A DNA stretch of 64,000 nt from Mobula hypostoma (lineage: Eukaryota): positions 11,656,001 to 11,720,000 of the forward strand of contig NC_086097.1 in NCBI RefSeq assembly GCF_963921235.1. The letters are read 5' to 3'. Positions within the stretch are counted from its first letter, which is position 1. The number at the start of each line of letters is the position of its first letter. This document shows, piece by piece, positions 32,720 through 44,472 of the stretch. Both the position numbers and the translations under genes were made by a program. The notes below the pieces were generated by a model. That model was not told the origin of the DNA. It searched no databases and saw only the letters and a program-made list of their open reading frames with translations.

Positions 32720-33380
32720 TCAAAGAACATAGAATGGTCCAGCACAGCAAGGCCATTCAGCCCAACGTTATGCCAACCCTTTAACCTACTCCAAAATCGA
32801 TCCAACCCTTCACTCCCACATAGCCCTCCATGTTCCTTTCATCCATGTGACTATCTTAGCATTCTTCAAATGTCCCTTATGTGTCTCTCTCTAGCACCAT
32901 TCCTGGCAGTGCAATACATGCATTCATCACTAAACCTACCTCTGACATTCCCTCATATTTTCCTTCAAACACTATAAAAGGTATATTTTGTTATATTAGC
33001 TATTGCTGCCATGTGGAAAGCTATTGTCACCATGAGATTCTGACATCTTCCTCCTTCCTATTCAGTCCTGAAGGAGGCTCTCAGCCCAAAATGTCAACTG
33101 TTTATTCGTTTCCATAGATGCTACCTGACCTGCTGAGTTCCTCCAGCATATTTTGAGTGTTGAATAAGGAAGAGGTGCTGGTTCTCCACTCAATCTATGC
33201 CTCTTATCATCTTGCACACTTCTAGCAAGTCACTTCTCATTGCTGCAAGGGAAAAAGCCCTACCTTTCTCAACTTGTCCTCATAGGACATGTTCTCTGAT
33301 CCAGGCTGAATCTTGGTAAATCTCCTCTGCAACCCCTCCGAAGCATTCACATTCTTCTTATAATGAGGCAACAAGAACAT
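32720..33380 (-). mobile_element. CR1 3' fragment with a PLE fragment (33030-33165,+) inside
   Basis: CR1 tail at ~32725; degenerate cagtcctgaaggaggctctcagcccaaaatgtcaactg. Confidence 0.6.
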
Positions 33381-33635
33381 GCAGAACTATCATTAATTAA
33401 AACCTATATACTTGGAAGAGTTTCTACAATTGTCTTCCATAAATGTTGACACAAGGCATTATCTGTGTATGGTTCACCCTTTTAGTACCATGCTATTGAT
33501 TATTTTATATTGTGTATGTTATAATCCAAACAAGATCTCCTGATCAATGTTAATAACATTGAGAATAAAAGACTCAGATTTATGGTTTCACTTACCTTCT
33601 CCCTGGTAGAGGAGGACAAAAGCAGTACTACACAT

Positions 33636-34128
33636 GCACTCAGTGGCCACTTTATTAGGAACGTCTGTACATCTGCGCGTTTAATGCAAGTATCTAATCA
33701 GCCAATCACATGGCAGCAACTTAAACGATAAAGGCATGCAGATATGGTCAGGAGGTTCAGTTGTTGTTCAGACCAAACATCAGAATGGGAAAGGAGTGTT
33801 GTAAATGAATTTCATGTGGAATGACTGCTGGTGCCAGATGGGGTGATTAGACTATCTGAGAACCTACTGATCTCCTAGGATTTTGATGCACAGTCTCTAG
33901 AGTTCATAGAGATGGTACAAAAAACATCCAGTGAGCGGCAGTTCTGTGGGCAAAAATGCCTTGCTAATGAGAGAGCTCGAAGAAGAATGGCCACGTTGGT
34001 TCAGGCCGACAGGAAGGTGACCATGTTACAATAGTACAGAAGAGCAAATCTGAATGCACAACATGTTGAGCCTTGTAGTGAATAGGCTACAGCAGCAGAG
34101 GAGGTTTCAAATAAAGTGAGCACTGAAT
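33636..34128 (+). mobile_element. Tc1-like non-autonomous transposon
   Basis: TIRs CACTCAGTGGCCACTTTATTAGG ... AATAAAGTGAGCACTGAATG; decayed N-terminal transposase remnant. Confidence 0.75.
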
Positions 34129-34182
34129 GAATAAACTAGGAAGGTGCAAGTTTCAGTGCCTCTCTACACACTTTTTTGGCTT

Positions 34183-35145
34183 CTAAGACCATAAGACATA
34201 GAAGCAGAAATAGGCCATTTGGGCCATCAACTCTGTACCTCCATTCCATCATGACTAATTTATTATTCCTCTCAACCCCATTCTTCTGTCTTTTCCCTAT
34301 AACCTTTGGTGCCCTGATTGATGAAGAACCTATTCACCTCTGCCTTAAATATACCGAGTGACTTGGCTACCACAGTCACCTTTGGCAATCAATTCCACAG
34401 ACTCACCACCCTCTGACTAAAGAAATTCCTCTTCATCTCTGTTCTAAATAGACGTCCCTCTACTCCGAGGCTGTCCCTTCTGGCCCTAGGCTCAGCCACT
34501 ATAGGAAACATCCTATTTACATCCATTCAATCCAGACCTTTCAATATTCAATCGGTTTCAGTGAGATCACAAGATCACAAGACACCCCTCATTCATCCAA
34601 ACTCCAGCACGTACAGGCTCAGAGTCATCAAACGCACCTTGTACATCAACCTTTTTTTGCCAGAATCATTCTCCTGAACCTTCTCTGGAACCCCTCCAAT
34701 GCCATTACATCCTTTCCTAGAGCTCAAAAAGGAGCTCAAAACTGCTCACAATATTTCAAGTGTGGTCTGACCAATGCCTTATAAAGCCTCGGTATTACAT
34801 TCTTTCTCTTATATTATAGTCATTTCCAAATGAATGCTAACATTGCATTTGCCATCCCTCCTACTGTCTCAATCTGCAAGTTATCCTTCATCGAATCCTG
34901 CACAAGGACTCCCAAGTCCCATTGTACTTTTGATTTTTCAATTTTCTCCCCATTTAAAAAAATCACTTACACCTTTATTACTTCTACCAAAGTGAATGAC
35001 CATACACTTTCCTAATCTATTTTACATCTGCCACCTATTCTCCCAATCTGTCTAAGTCCTTCTGCAGACTCGGTGCTTCCTCAACACAACCTGCCCCTCC
35101 ATCTATCTTCAGATCATCCACAAACTTGGCCACAAGGCCATCAAT
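34183..35145 (-). mobile_element. CR1 3' portion, decayed
   Basis: Reverse complement of RT C-terminus and tail (taagaccataagacatag). Confidence 0.8.
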
Positions 35146-35149
35146 TTGC

Positions 35150-38100
35150 CCTTACAAAGGGGATGACTTGAACTTGAATCCGAGGGGGACCAATATTCTT
35201 ATGGGCATGTTTACTAGAGCTGGTGGGAGTGGTTTAAAATAACATGGCAGGGGGATGGGAACCAGTATGATAGAGCTGAGGACGAGCTTGCAGCTTTACA
35301 AGTAGATGTTGGATGCCCAGTAGACGGATATAACATGAGTGTACAGAAGCACAAGCCAATGATTGGGTACAAATGCAGACAAAACAAACAGTTCAAAAGG
35401 GTCAAGAATACAGGACCAAATGTGATGTATTTAAATACATGTAGCATTCAGAATAAAGTGGACAAACTCATGGCGCAATTACAAATTTGTCAGTATGATG
35501 TTGTGGGCTTCACTGAATCACGGCATCAATGGATATACTTTGTATCGAAAGGGCAGGCAGGGAAGGATAGGTGGTGGTGTGGCTCTGTTGGCAAGAGATG
35601 GAATTTCATCTTAGAAAGAGGCGACATAAGGTCAGAGAATGTTGAATCTTTGTGGGTGAAGCTTAGAAACTGCAAGTGTAAAAAACTATTATGGGAATCA
35701 TATAGAGGCCTTCAAATAGTAGTCAAGATATGGGGTTGAGATCGAAGGGAGCTGCAAAGGGCATGTAATAGGTGTAATGACACAATTGTAATGGGGAACT
35801 TCAATATGCAAGGGGATTGGGAAAATCAGGATGGTGTCAGATCACAAGAGATGGAATTTTTTGAATGCCTACAAGATGTTCTTTTTATACCAGCTTGTGC
35901 TTGAGCCTGCTCAGGCTATCTTGAGGCTCTCTTAGATTGGGTGTTGTGTAATAACCCAGATCTTATTAGGGAGCTTAACGTAAAGGAACCCTTAGGAGGC
36001 AGTGATCATAATATGATTGAATTCCTACTGCAATTTGAGAAGGTGGAGCACAAGTCACATGTATCAGTATCATAATGGAATCAAAGGAATTACAGAGGCA
36101 TGAGAGAGGAGCTTGCTCAGGTGGATTGGAAGAGGATACTGGTGGGGATGACGTCAGGGCAGAGATGGCTGAAGTTTCTGGGGATAGCTCACAAGTTGTG
36201 GGATAGACATGTTCCACAGAAGTTCTCAAATGGCAGGGGTAGGAAACCATGGCTGACAAGGGAAGTTAAGGACTGCATAAAAGCCAAGGAAAGGGCATAT
36301 AAAGAAACAAAAATGAGTGGAAAGTTGGATGATTGGGTAGTTTTTTAAAATCAACAAGAGGCAACTAAAAAGTTAAGGGAAATGATGAAATACGAGGGCA
36401 AACCAGCCAAAAATATTAAATATTAAGGATACTAAAAATTTTTTCAGTTACATAAAGAGTAAAAGGAAGGAGAGAATTGATATTGGACCACTGGAAAACG
36501 ATACTGGTTATGTAGTAATGGGAAACAAAGAAATGGCAAGTGAACTTACTAGGTACTTTGCAGAGAAGACACTTGTAGTATGCCAGATGTCCGTAAGTGT
36601 CAGAGGGCAGGAGTGATTGCCATTGCTATTACAACGGAAAAAGTGCCAGGCAAACTCAAAGGTCTAAGGAGGACAACTCACCTGTATCAGATGGACTACA
36701 TCCCAGAGTCCTGAGAGGGGTTGCTGAAGCGATAACGGATGTATTGGTCATGATCTTTTGACAATCACTTGATTCTGGCATGGTCTCAGAGGATTGGAAG
36801 ATTGAAAATGTCACTCCACTCTTGAAGAGAGGAAGGCAAAAGAAAGGAAATTATAGGCCAATTAGCTTAACTTCAGTAGTTGGTAAAGTATTGGAGTCCA
36901 GTATTAAGGACAAGGTTTTGGGGTACTTGGAGACTAATGACAAAGTAAATCCAAGCGAGCATTGTTTTCTAAAGGGAAATCTTGCCTGACGAATCTGTTA
37001 GAGTTCTTCAAGGAAGTAACAAGCAGGGTGGACAAAGGAGAGGCAGTGGATGTCATTGAATTGGATTTTCAGAAGGCATTTGATAAGATGCCACACATGA
37101 GGCTGCTTAACAAGATAAAATCCAATGGCATTACAGGAAAGATACTGACATGGATAGAGGAATAGCTGACAGACAGGAGGCAATGAGTGGGAATAAAGGG
37201 GTCATTTCTGGTTGGCTGCCAGTGACTAGTGGCATTCCTCACAGGTAAGTATTGGGACCGCTACTTTTCACATTGTTTCTCAATTACTTAGACAATGGAA
37301 TTGATGGTTTTGTGGCAAAGTTTGCAGATGATATGAAGATAGCTGGAGGGGTAACTAATGCTGAGGAAACAGTTTAAATGCAGCAGGATTTAGACAAATT
37401 GGATGAATGGGCAAAAAAGTTGCAGGTGGAATACAGTGCTGGAAATATACGATGATGCATTTTGGTAAAAGGAACAATACTGCAGACTATTGTCTTAGTG
37501 GGGAGAAGGTTCAAACATCAGAGGTGTAGAGGGATTTAGGATTAAATGCTGAGGGACTTGTGCAAGACTTGCAGAAGGTTAACTTGCAGGTTGAGTCTGT
37601 GATAAAGGCAGCAAATGCAATATTGGCATTTATTTCAAGGGGATGTTGGCGCTGAAGCAGGGACCCAATCGCAGACCAAGTACTGTGTGCACTGTGATAT
37701 TTACTGAGTAGCAAATCCAGAGGGGCAACAAAGTTGGCATCAAAGTTCAGGTGGAGATCAAAAATTCTGGAGAAATCCAAAAACCAGAATCGGGAAACAG
37801 GCAGAATCGATATTCGGATGGACAGAGTTCAGATACGAATGCTGGAAAGGCTCAGGAAAACTCACTGGCACAATCTGGCAACAAACAGGTGAAAACACAG
37901 GACTGAAATATACTGAGCAATAAACAGAGAGGCAGATGATAGGTGGAGCACAATGAGACACAGGTGGCAGCAATACAGGTAATACTGAGAAACAGGTGAG
38001 AGACAGAGTACTCAGTAATACAGGGGTCGGAGTAGAGCAGGAGTGGGGACAGGAGCACATGGGGCATGAAAACGAACAAGGGCACATGGCAATACCAAAC

Positions 38101-38650
38101 CACAGACTGACGGCTAGGGGGAAAACACACAAAAATACAAAGTTCAACTGGAGGTACTGACAGGGAAATAGAATATGAAAGCAAAAAGATAATGCTGCAG
38201 CTTTATAAGATACTAGTCAGGCTGCACTTGGAATACTGTCAACAGTTTTGGGCCCCATATCTCAGAAAGATGTGCTGTCATTGGAGGGAGTCTAGAGGAA
38301 GATCACAAGGATGGTGGGGATGGGGGGGTATCCAAAACTAGAGGCCACAAGCTCAACTTCAAGGAGTGACCTTTTAAAACAGAGGTAAGGAGACTTTTTT
38401 TTATATAAAATAAAAGCCAGAGAGTCATGAATTTGTGGAATGCTCAGCCACAGACTGCAGTGAAGGCCAAGTTCATGGGTATATTTATGGCAGAAGTTGA
38501 TAGTTTCCTGATCAGTTAGGACATGAAAGGATATACTGAGAAGGCATGTGTATGGGGTTGAATGTGATCCAGGATCAGCCATGATGGAATGGCAGAGCAG
38601 ACTCAATGGGCTAAATGGCCTAATTCTGCTCCTATGCCTTTTGGTCTTAT
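35150..38650 (+). pseudogene. Old CR1 LINE (ORF1 end to 3' tail) with many stops
   Basis: LNPRGTNIL ORF1 end, GNYRPISLTS, DFQKAFDK, KFADD, tail. Confidence 0.85.
37644..38162 (-). mobile_element. Solo LTR (Gypsy-type), 519 bp, inserted in CR1
   Basis: TG...CA termini and a 4-bp TSD GGGA (37640-43 / 38163-66); CR1 coding sequence continues across it. Confidence 0.8.
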
Positions 38651-38654
38651 GGAT

Positions 38655-38915
38655 GAATTCTGTCATCCAAATCCTTGACATATAACATGAAAAGAAGTGG
38701 TCCCAACACTGACCCCTGTAGTACTCCACTAGTAACCGGCATCCAACCAGAGAAGGTTCCCTTTGTTCTTATTTTTGCCCCCTGCCAATCAGCCAATCCT
38801 CCGTCCATGCTAGCAGCTTTTCTGTAATGCCATGGGCTCTTGTTAATCAGCCTCTTGTATTGCACCTTGCAAATGCCTTCAGAAAATCCAAGTGAACAAC
38901 ATCCATCTGCCTTGA
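38655..38915 (-). mobile_element. CR1 RT fragment
   Basis: WMPVTSGVLQGSVLGPLLFMLYVKDLD. Confidence 0.8.
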
Positions 38916-39288
38916 GGTTTGCAATTGTGCATTGCACCTCTTGGGCAAGGACTTTGGTTGATCATGGCTGCTGCTGCTGCTCCTGACTCCTACTGGGGAA
39001 ACCCATGTAGGTTACCAGCTGGCAAGGACACAAGTGGACTCTATTCTGGTGCTCTCTGGTAAACAGCCAAAGAGCTCACATCATCCTAAACTAAAATGTG
39101 AAAATGGATTTCCCAGCAGAGTGGCCACACTGGTCTCTTCTGGGAGAGGGTAAAGCACTTAAGGAACTCTGAGTATTTGGAGGGACTTTATTTTATTACA
39201 TGTTTAAAATTCCATCACAGATTTAGTTTAATTTCTGCACAAGGCATTAAGGGTAAAAACTAAACACATTTGTGATCTTTTCTCTTAC

Positions 39289-39529
39289 TTGCACATTATG
39301 GTTCCATGAGGTGATGAAAGTATCTCTCGTTCCCAAAGGATAAACGAAAATGTTTCGAACCTTCACAATGAGTAAAGGTTTATTACAGGAGAGGGTTTTT
39401 ACATCTGACTCAATGTTTTGATAGACTTGACACCAATGATGGGGGATAGAGCTTTCACCTATTGGAAAGTGATCTCCTGGAGTTAATCTCGGTATCTCTA
39501 TGGATTTATTCAAACATTTGTCTTGTCCT
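39289..39529 (-). CDS. Candidate exon of an unrecognised gene (241 nt, phase 2 to 0)
   Basis: ctgcattcag| acceptor, CAA|gtaaga donor, 80 open codons GQDKCLNKSIEIPRL...SWNHNVQ in non-repeat DNA; no homology recognised. Confidence 0.3.
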
Positions 39530-40182
39530 CTGAATGCAGATAGGAATCACATTTCTGGACTGATGCAATAGAGTCTTCAATTACTTGAGTTTTTCAGTGG
39601 TTATTCATGTGGCATCTTAATAATAATAATGAGATGATGTTAAAGATCTCATTTAATTTTGATCATTGTAACTTGCACTATGATCTCAGTCAATCCCATC
39701 TGCTCAGAGCTGGGTTTGTGGGTAGCATGATATTCTAAAAGCATCAGAAAAGTGGAATGATTAGTAAATTATATAATAGTCAGTTAAACCTTTCAGCATC
39801 CTACACTTACCTTGCTTGTCTACCAAGTGATGTGAGGTGAATGCTACACCCACACAGCTTCTGTTATGTGCTCCAATAGCAAAGTCACCTCCTTAACACT
39901 TCAGCTTCCAGGACTCGTGACCCATGAGCAATTGATGGAAGGCTATGATACACACTGTTTCAACCTTCTCTAACAGTGCTTCATTTCTTCACCAAAGCAA
40001 GCCTAAGATAAAGATCAATGTCAGAAAACTTTTATTTTGTGTCGACAATTATCAAATGAGGTTTAGGAACTTCTGTGCACTGCATTACCTAAAAAGAAAC
40101 ATATTGAAGTCAAATTTCTTTAATTATCTCACTGTGCCATGAGTTACATCTGGGTTTCCTGCCGATTCTCTTACATTTTCCA

Positions 40183-40510
40183 GAATCAGAATCAGATTCA
40201 GGTTTAATATCACCAGCATATTGTGAAATTTGTTGTTTTGCAGCACAGTACATTACAATACACAATAACTAAAATAAAACAATAAGATAACAATATATAC
40301 ACACACAAACACACATATGCAGTATATATAATTAAATTAAACAAGTACTGCAAAAAGTAAGGTAGTACATGCGAGCTCGTTGACCAATCAGAACTATTAC
40401 GGTGGAGGGGAAGAAGTTTTTCCTGAAAAATTGAGTGTGTGTCTTTAGGCTCCTGTGCCTCCTCACCTCTTCTTGATGGTAACAATGAGAAAAGGACATG
40501 TCCTGGGGCT
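40183..40510 (-). mobile_element. Rex1/Babar 3' end
   Basis: CAGAATCAGAATCAG tail and RT C-terminal remnant. Confidence 0.65.
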
Positions 40511-40889
40511 ATTTGTCTTCCAAGCAATATGCACTTTTCTAAACTTGGTTTTATATATATCTCAGCGTCTGATAAAACTAATAAACAAGACATAAATGCC
40601 CATTCTCCATTTCCCTCTGAACTGAAAACTTGCCAGATCATTTCATTCCAGGTCATTAAGCCAACCATATTATTAGCACCTGTAAATGAGTCCAGGTAAA
40701 GGAGGCATAGTTTCTTCCCTGCAAGATATTGGTAAACTGGGGAGATGTTTAGAACAATTAGTAATTTCACCATAATGGATCTTTCAATTTTATTCCATAT
40801 TTATTGTTATTTTTGAACCTAAAGTTCCCTGTTGCTGTGCTGCTGTAGAATTTGTAAACATGTCTGCACATCTTTAGTCCAGTAAACAG

Positions 40890-41735
40890 GTTATCAGTCT
40901 CCCCCATTTGCAAGATTTTGGCAGCAGAGTCAAGACAGTTAGATCTAAGCAAAATCCAGATGTGGGCTAGTAATTGGCAGATGAAATTTGATGTAAGTAA
41001 ATATAAAATATTACATATAGGAAGCAGAAATATTAGATATAAATATACCAAGTGGGGTGGGGGGGGTTCCTGAGTAAGAAAGTGCACTGTATGAGAAGGA
41101 TTTAGGCACCCTAGTAGACTCATCACCATCTAGACAATGAACAGAAGCATTTAGGAAGGCTAATAGAATGTTGGGCTATATAATGCGCTCAGTATTCAAG
41201 TCTAGAGACATTCTCCTTAAGCTGTATAAAGCGCTTGTGAGGCCACACCTTGAGCGCTGTATATAATTTTGGTCTCCATATTTTGCGAGGGATGTGAAGG
41301 CACCAGAGAGAGTTCAGAGAAGGGTGACTAGATTCATTCCAGGTCTGCAGAGCTATGAAGAAAGGTTGAAAGTATTAAATCTTTTTAGCCTAAGTACTCA
41401 TAGAATGAGAGGAGACATGAAAGAAGTGTTCAAAATCACCAAGGGTATAAGTAAGGTGGATGTCAGAGCTACTTCAAAATGAATCTATCAACGAGGCCAC
41501 AGGGCCAAAGATGGAGACTGGTTAAAGGGAGATTTCAGACTACCATTAGGAAGCATTTCCTTACACACTGAGTTGTGGACATATGGAACAAACTACCTAG
41601 TTGTGTAGTTGAGAGTAGTACCTTAGGGACTTCCAGATCTAAACTCGATAGCTACTTCAATATACTAGGTGAATTTGGCAAGCTCTGTTGAGCCAAATGG
41701 CTTGTTCTTATTATAAACTTTCTAATGTTCTAAGT
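40890..41735 (+). mobile_element. CR1-clade LINE 3' part (distinct subfamily)
   Basis: WQMKFDV, LVRPHLE, ERVQRRVTRFIPGL; TTCTAATG tail. Confidence 0.8.
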
Positions 41736-41751
41736 TAAACATTACTCTTAT

Positions 41752-42025
41752 AGGGCTGTATAGTAGAATAGTGGTTCGTACAATACTTTACAGTACAGGT
41801 GACCCAGGTTCAATTACTGACGCCTGTAAGGAGTTTGTATGTTCTCCCCATGACTGTGGGTTTTCCCCGAGTGCTCCAGTTTCCTCCCGCCGTCTAAAGA
41901 CTTACTGGTTGGTTGGTTAATTAGTCATTGTAAGTTGTCCCATGATTAGGTAAATCGGGGGATTGTTGGGCAGCATGGCTCAAAAGGCCAGAAGGACCTA
42001 ATCTACAGTGTATCTCAATAAATAA
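41752..42025 (+). mobile_element. tRNA-derived V-domain SINE (HE1-like)
   Basis: A/B-box remnants; GGAGTTTGTATGTTCTCCCC...GTGCTCCAGTTTCCTCCC core; CR1-like tail. Confidence 0.8.
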
Positions 42026-42179
42026 GAGACACACATAGCTGGAAGCAAGATCTTCAACCAACTGAGTCCATATCGTAACTACCCATTTCCACTTTTTGGA
42101 TCAGAATGGCCTGTTACCATGCTGCCTCACTAAAAATATATACATATATATTCTGATCCAAAAAGTCTACACTGCTCAG

Positions 42180-42595
42180 TTACACCCATGTGACCGACTG
42201 CTAACCCATATGTATTTAGAATGTGGGTGGAAACAGAGCACCCCAAAGAAAATCATGTGATCATGGGGAGAATGTACAAACTCCTTACAGACAGTGGAGG
42301 CCTTGAACCTGGGCTGCTGGCACTGTAGTAGCATTACCTTAAGTGTTATGCTACCATGTTGCTCCCACACTCCCATCATCTCCCCAAAGATTCAACTCGT
42401 CGCTTACATACTAGGAGCGATTTTCAGCAGTCAATTAACCTATTAACAATGTCTTTTGGATGTGGGAGGAAAGGAGATCACCTAGAGGAAACCCATGTGA
42501 TCAGAGGGAGAATGCATGAGTTCCACAAAGTTAGCACCAGAAGTCAGGATTGAACTTCAATCTCTGGTACTGTGAGATAGGAGCTGCACCATGTT
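42180..42595 (-). mobile_element. Two V-domain SINE copies
   Basis: Reverse-complement V core twice (gaatgtgggtggaaacagagcacc; ggatgtgggaggaaagg). Confidence 0.7.
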
Positions 42596-43499
42596 CTAAC
42601 CCACTTTAAATCAAGCATTTCCTTCAAAAGGCAACCTTCTACACTCCTCCATCTATTGTTTGTGTAACTCATTCTGAAAGAAATTTATAGAAAGAGGATT
42701 GTAGGAAGATGGCAATGCTTTACTTATTAATACCCACATCAAACCCTTAAATGGAAAAGAATAATTGATCTGGCCTGGATAAAGAAGTGACATTTAGAAA
42801 ACTCTTCCAGTGTGTAAAATGTGATTTTCACTGACAATGTGTAAAACTATCAAAAAGTTTAAATGGTTCTGAGTACTCACGCACCACTTTTCTCTGCCAC
42901 ACTTCTGTAAGCTGCTAATTTGTTTTTTTTTGATTGCAGCAAGTGATAAGTTTATGATCTTACTGAGCTGGTATCAGTACAAGGTGCAAGTAATATTCCT
43001 TGCCATCTTGAGTCGCCCAAAACTGCAAACCTTAACAAGATGAGATTAGTGGGAAGCCTTAACAAGGCTGAGACTGGTGGGATCGATTTCTCTCCCCCAT
43101 GAGGACTGGAGGTGAAATAGGAAGTGGTGAAGCCTGCAAAGTATATATAGAAAAGGTTAGATTAAAAAAAAGAGTAACTTTCATATATGATCAAGAGTCT
43201 ATAATGACCAGAACATTGCAAATTCTCTTACTCTAAAGTTTGGAGTCCAAATCAATGATTTCTGGTTTTAGACAGACATACAATCAGAATCAAAATTAGT
43301 CTTATTATCACTGACTTAGTTGACATGAAATTTGTTGTTTTGTAGCAGTACAGTGCAATGATATTAAAATACTATAACTTTTAAAGAAATACAGGAAAAA
43401 AAGGGGAAAAAAAACAATGTCGTGTTTATGGATAACAGTGAACAAAATTTGGGTGTTATCATTTTCCATTACGCAAGGCCAGTAAGCCTTGTTGTGCAC

Positions 43500-44005
43500 A
43501 ATAGTTCAAGTTCAAAGTAAAATTATCATCAAAGTGTATATGTCAACAAATACTTCCCTGAGAATCATTCTTGTGGGCTTGCACAGTGGATACAAAGAAA
43601 CACAATGGAATCAATGAAAAACCACACATGACAAAGGTGGACAATCAACCTGCAAAAGACAACGGATTGTGAAGATGCAAAACAAAATAGTAATAATAGA
43701 TTAAGCAATAAATATCAAGAACACAAGTTGCAGTGTCCTTAAAAGTGAGTCAATAGATTGTAGAGTCAGTTCAGTTTTCAATAACCTGAGGGGTAATAAC
43801 TGTCCCTGAACCTGGTGGTGTGAGTCATGAGGCTCCAGTACCTCGTTGCCAGCAGCAAGAAGAGTGCATAACCTGGGTGGTGGGTCTCCCCGATGATGGA
43901 TGCTGCTTTCCTGTGACGGCACTCAGTATAAATGTGCCCAGTGGTGGGGAGGGCTTTACCCAACTGCGAAGTATCCTCTACTTTTTGTAGGATCTTCTAT
44001 TCAGG
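43500..44005 (-). mobile_element. Rex1/Babar 3' end
   Basis: ORF 43778-43963 KAASIIGETHHPGYALF...TTRFRDSYYP. Confidence 0.75.
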
Positions 44006-44472
44006 AAAGTAATAGATTATGAGAACACTCAGTCCTCTTTTAATGTCATTTAGAAATGCATACATGCATTAGGAAATGATACAATGTTTCTCCAGAGTGA
44101 TATCACTAAACAGGACAAACCAAAGACTAACACTGACAGAACCACATAATTATAACATAGTTACAGCAGTGCAAAGCAATACCATAATTTGATGAAGAAC
44201 AGATCATTGGTACAGTAAAAAAAAGTCTCAAAGTCCCAAGTCGATCGACTCCTGAGTCTCAAATAGCAGGCGGCAAAAGGGAGAAACTCCCTGCCATAAA
44301 CCTCCAGACACCATCAACTTGCTGGTACCTTGGAAGCAGCCGACCACAGCCGACAAGTATTTTGTTCACATTTGTTAAGAGATAAATAGGTGTCAGGGAA
44401 TCAGCTATTAACTCAAAAGAAATAGAATCAAGAAATTGTTTAATGTCCAGTTACGTGGGCAGTTATTCCACC

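Noticed and set aside
40210..40773. 187-aa minus-strand ORF
   Set aside because: Its second half is Rex1 3' sequence read out of frame; a chimeric chance ORF.
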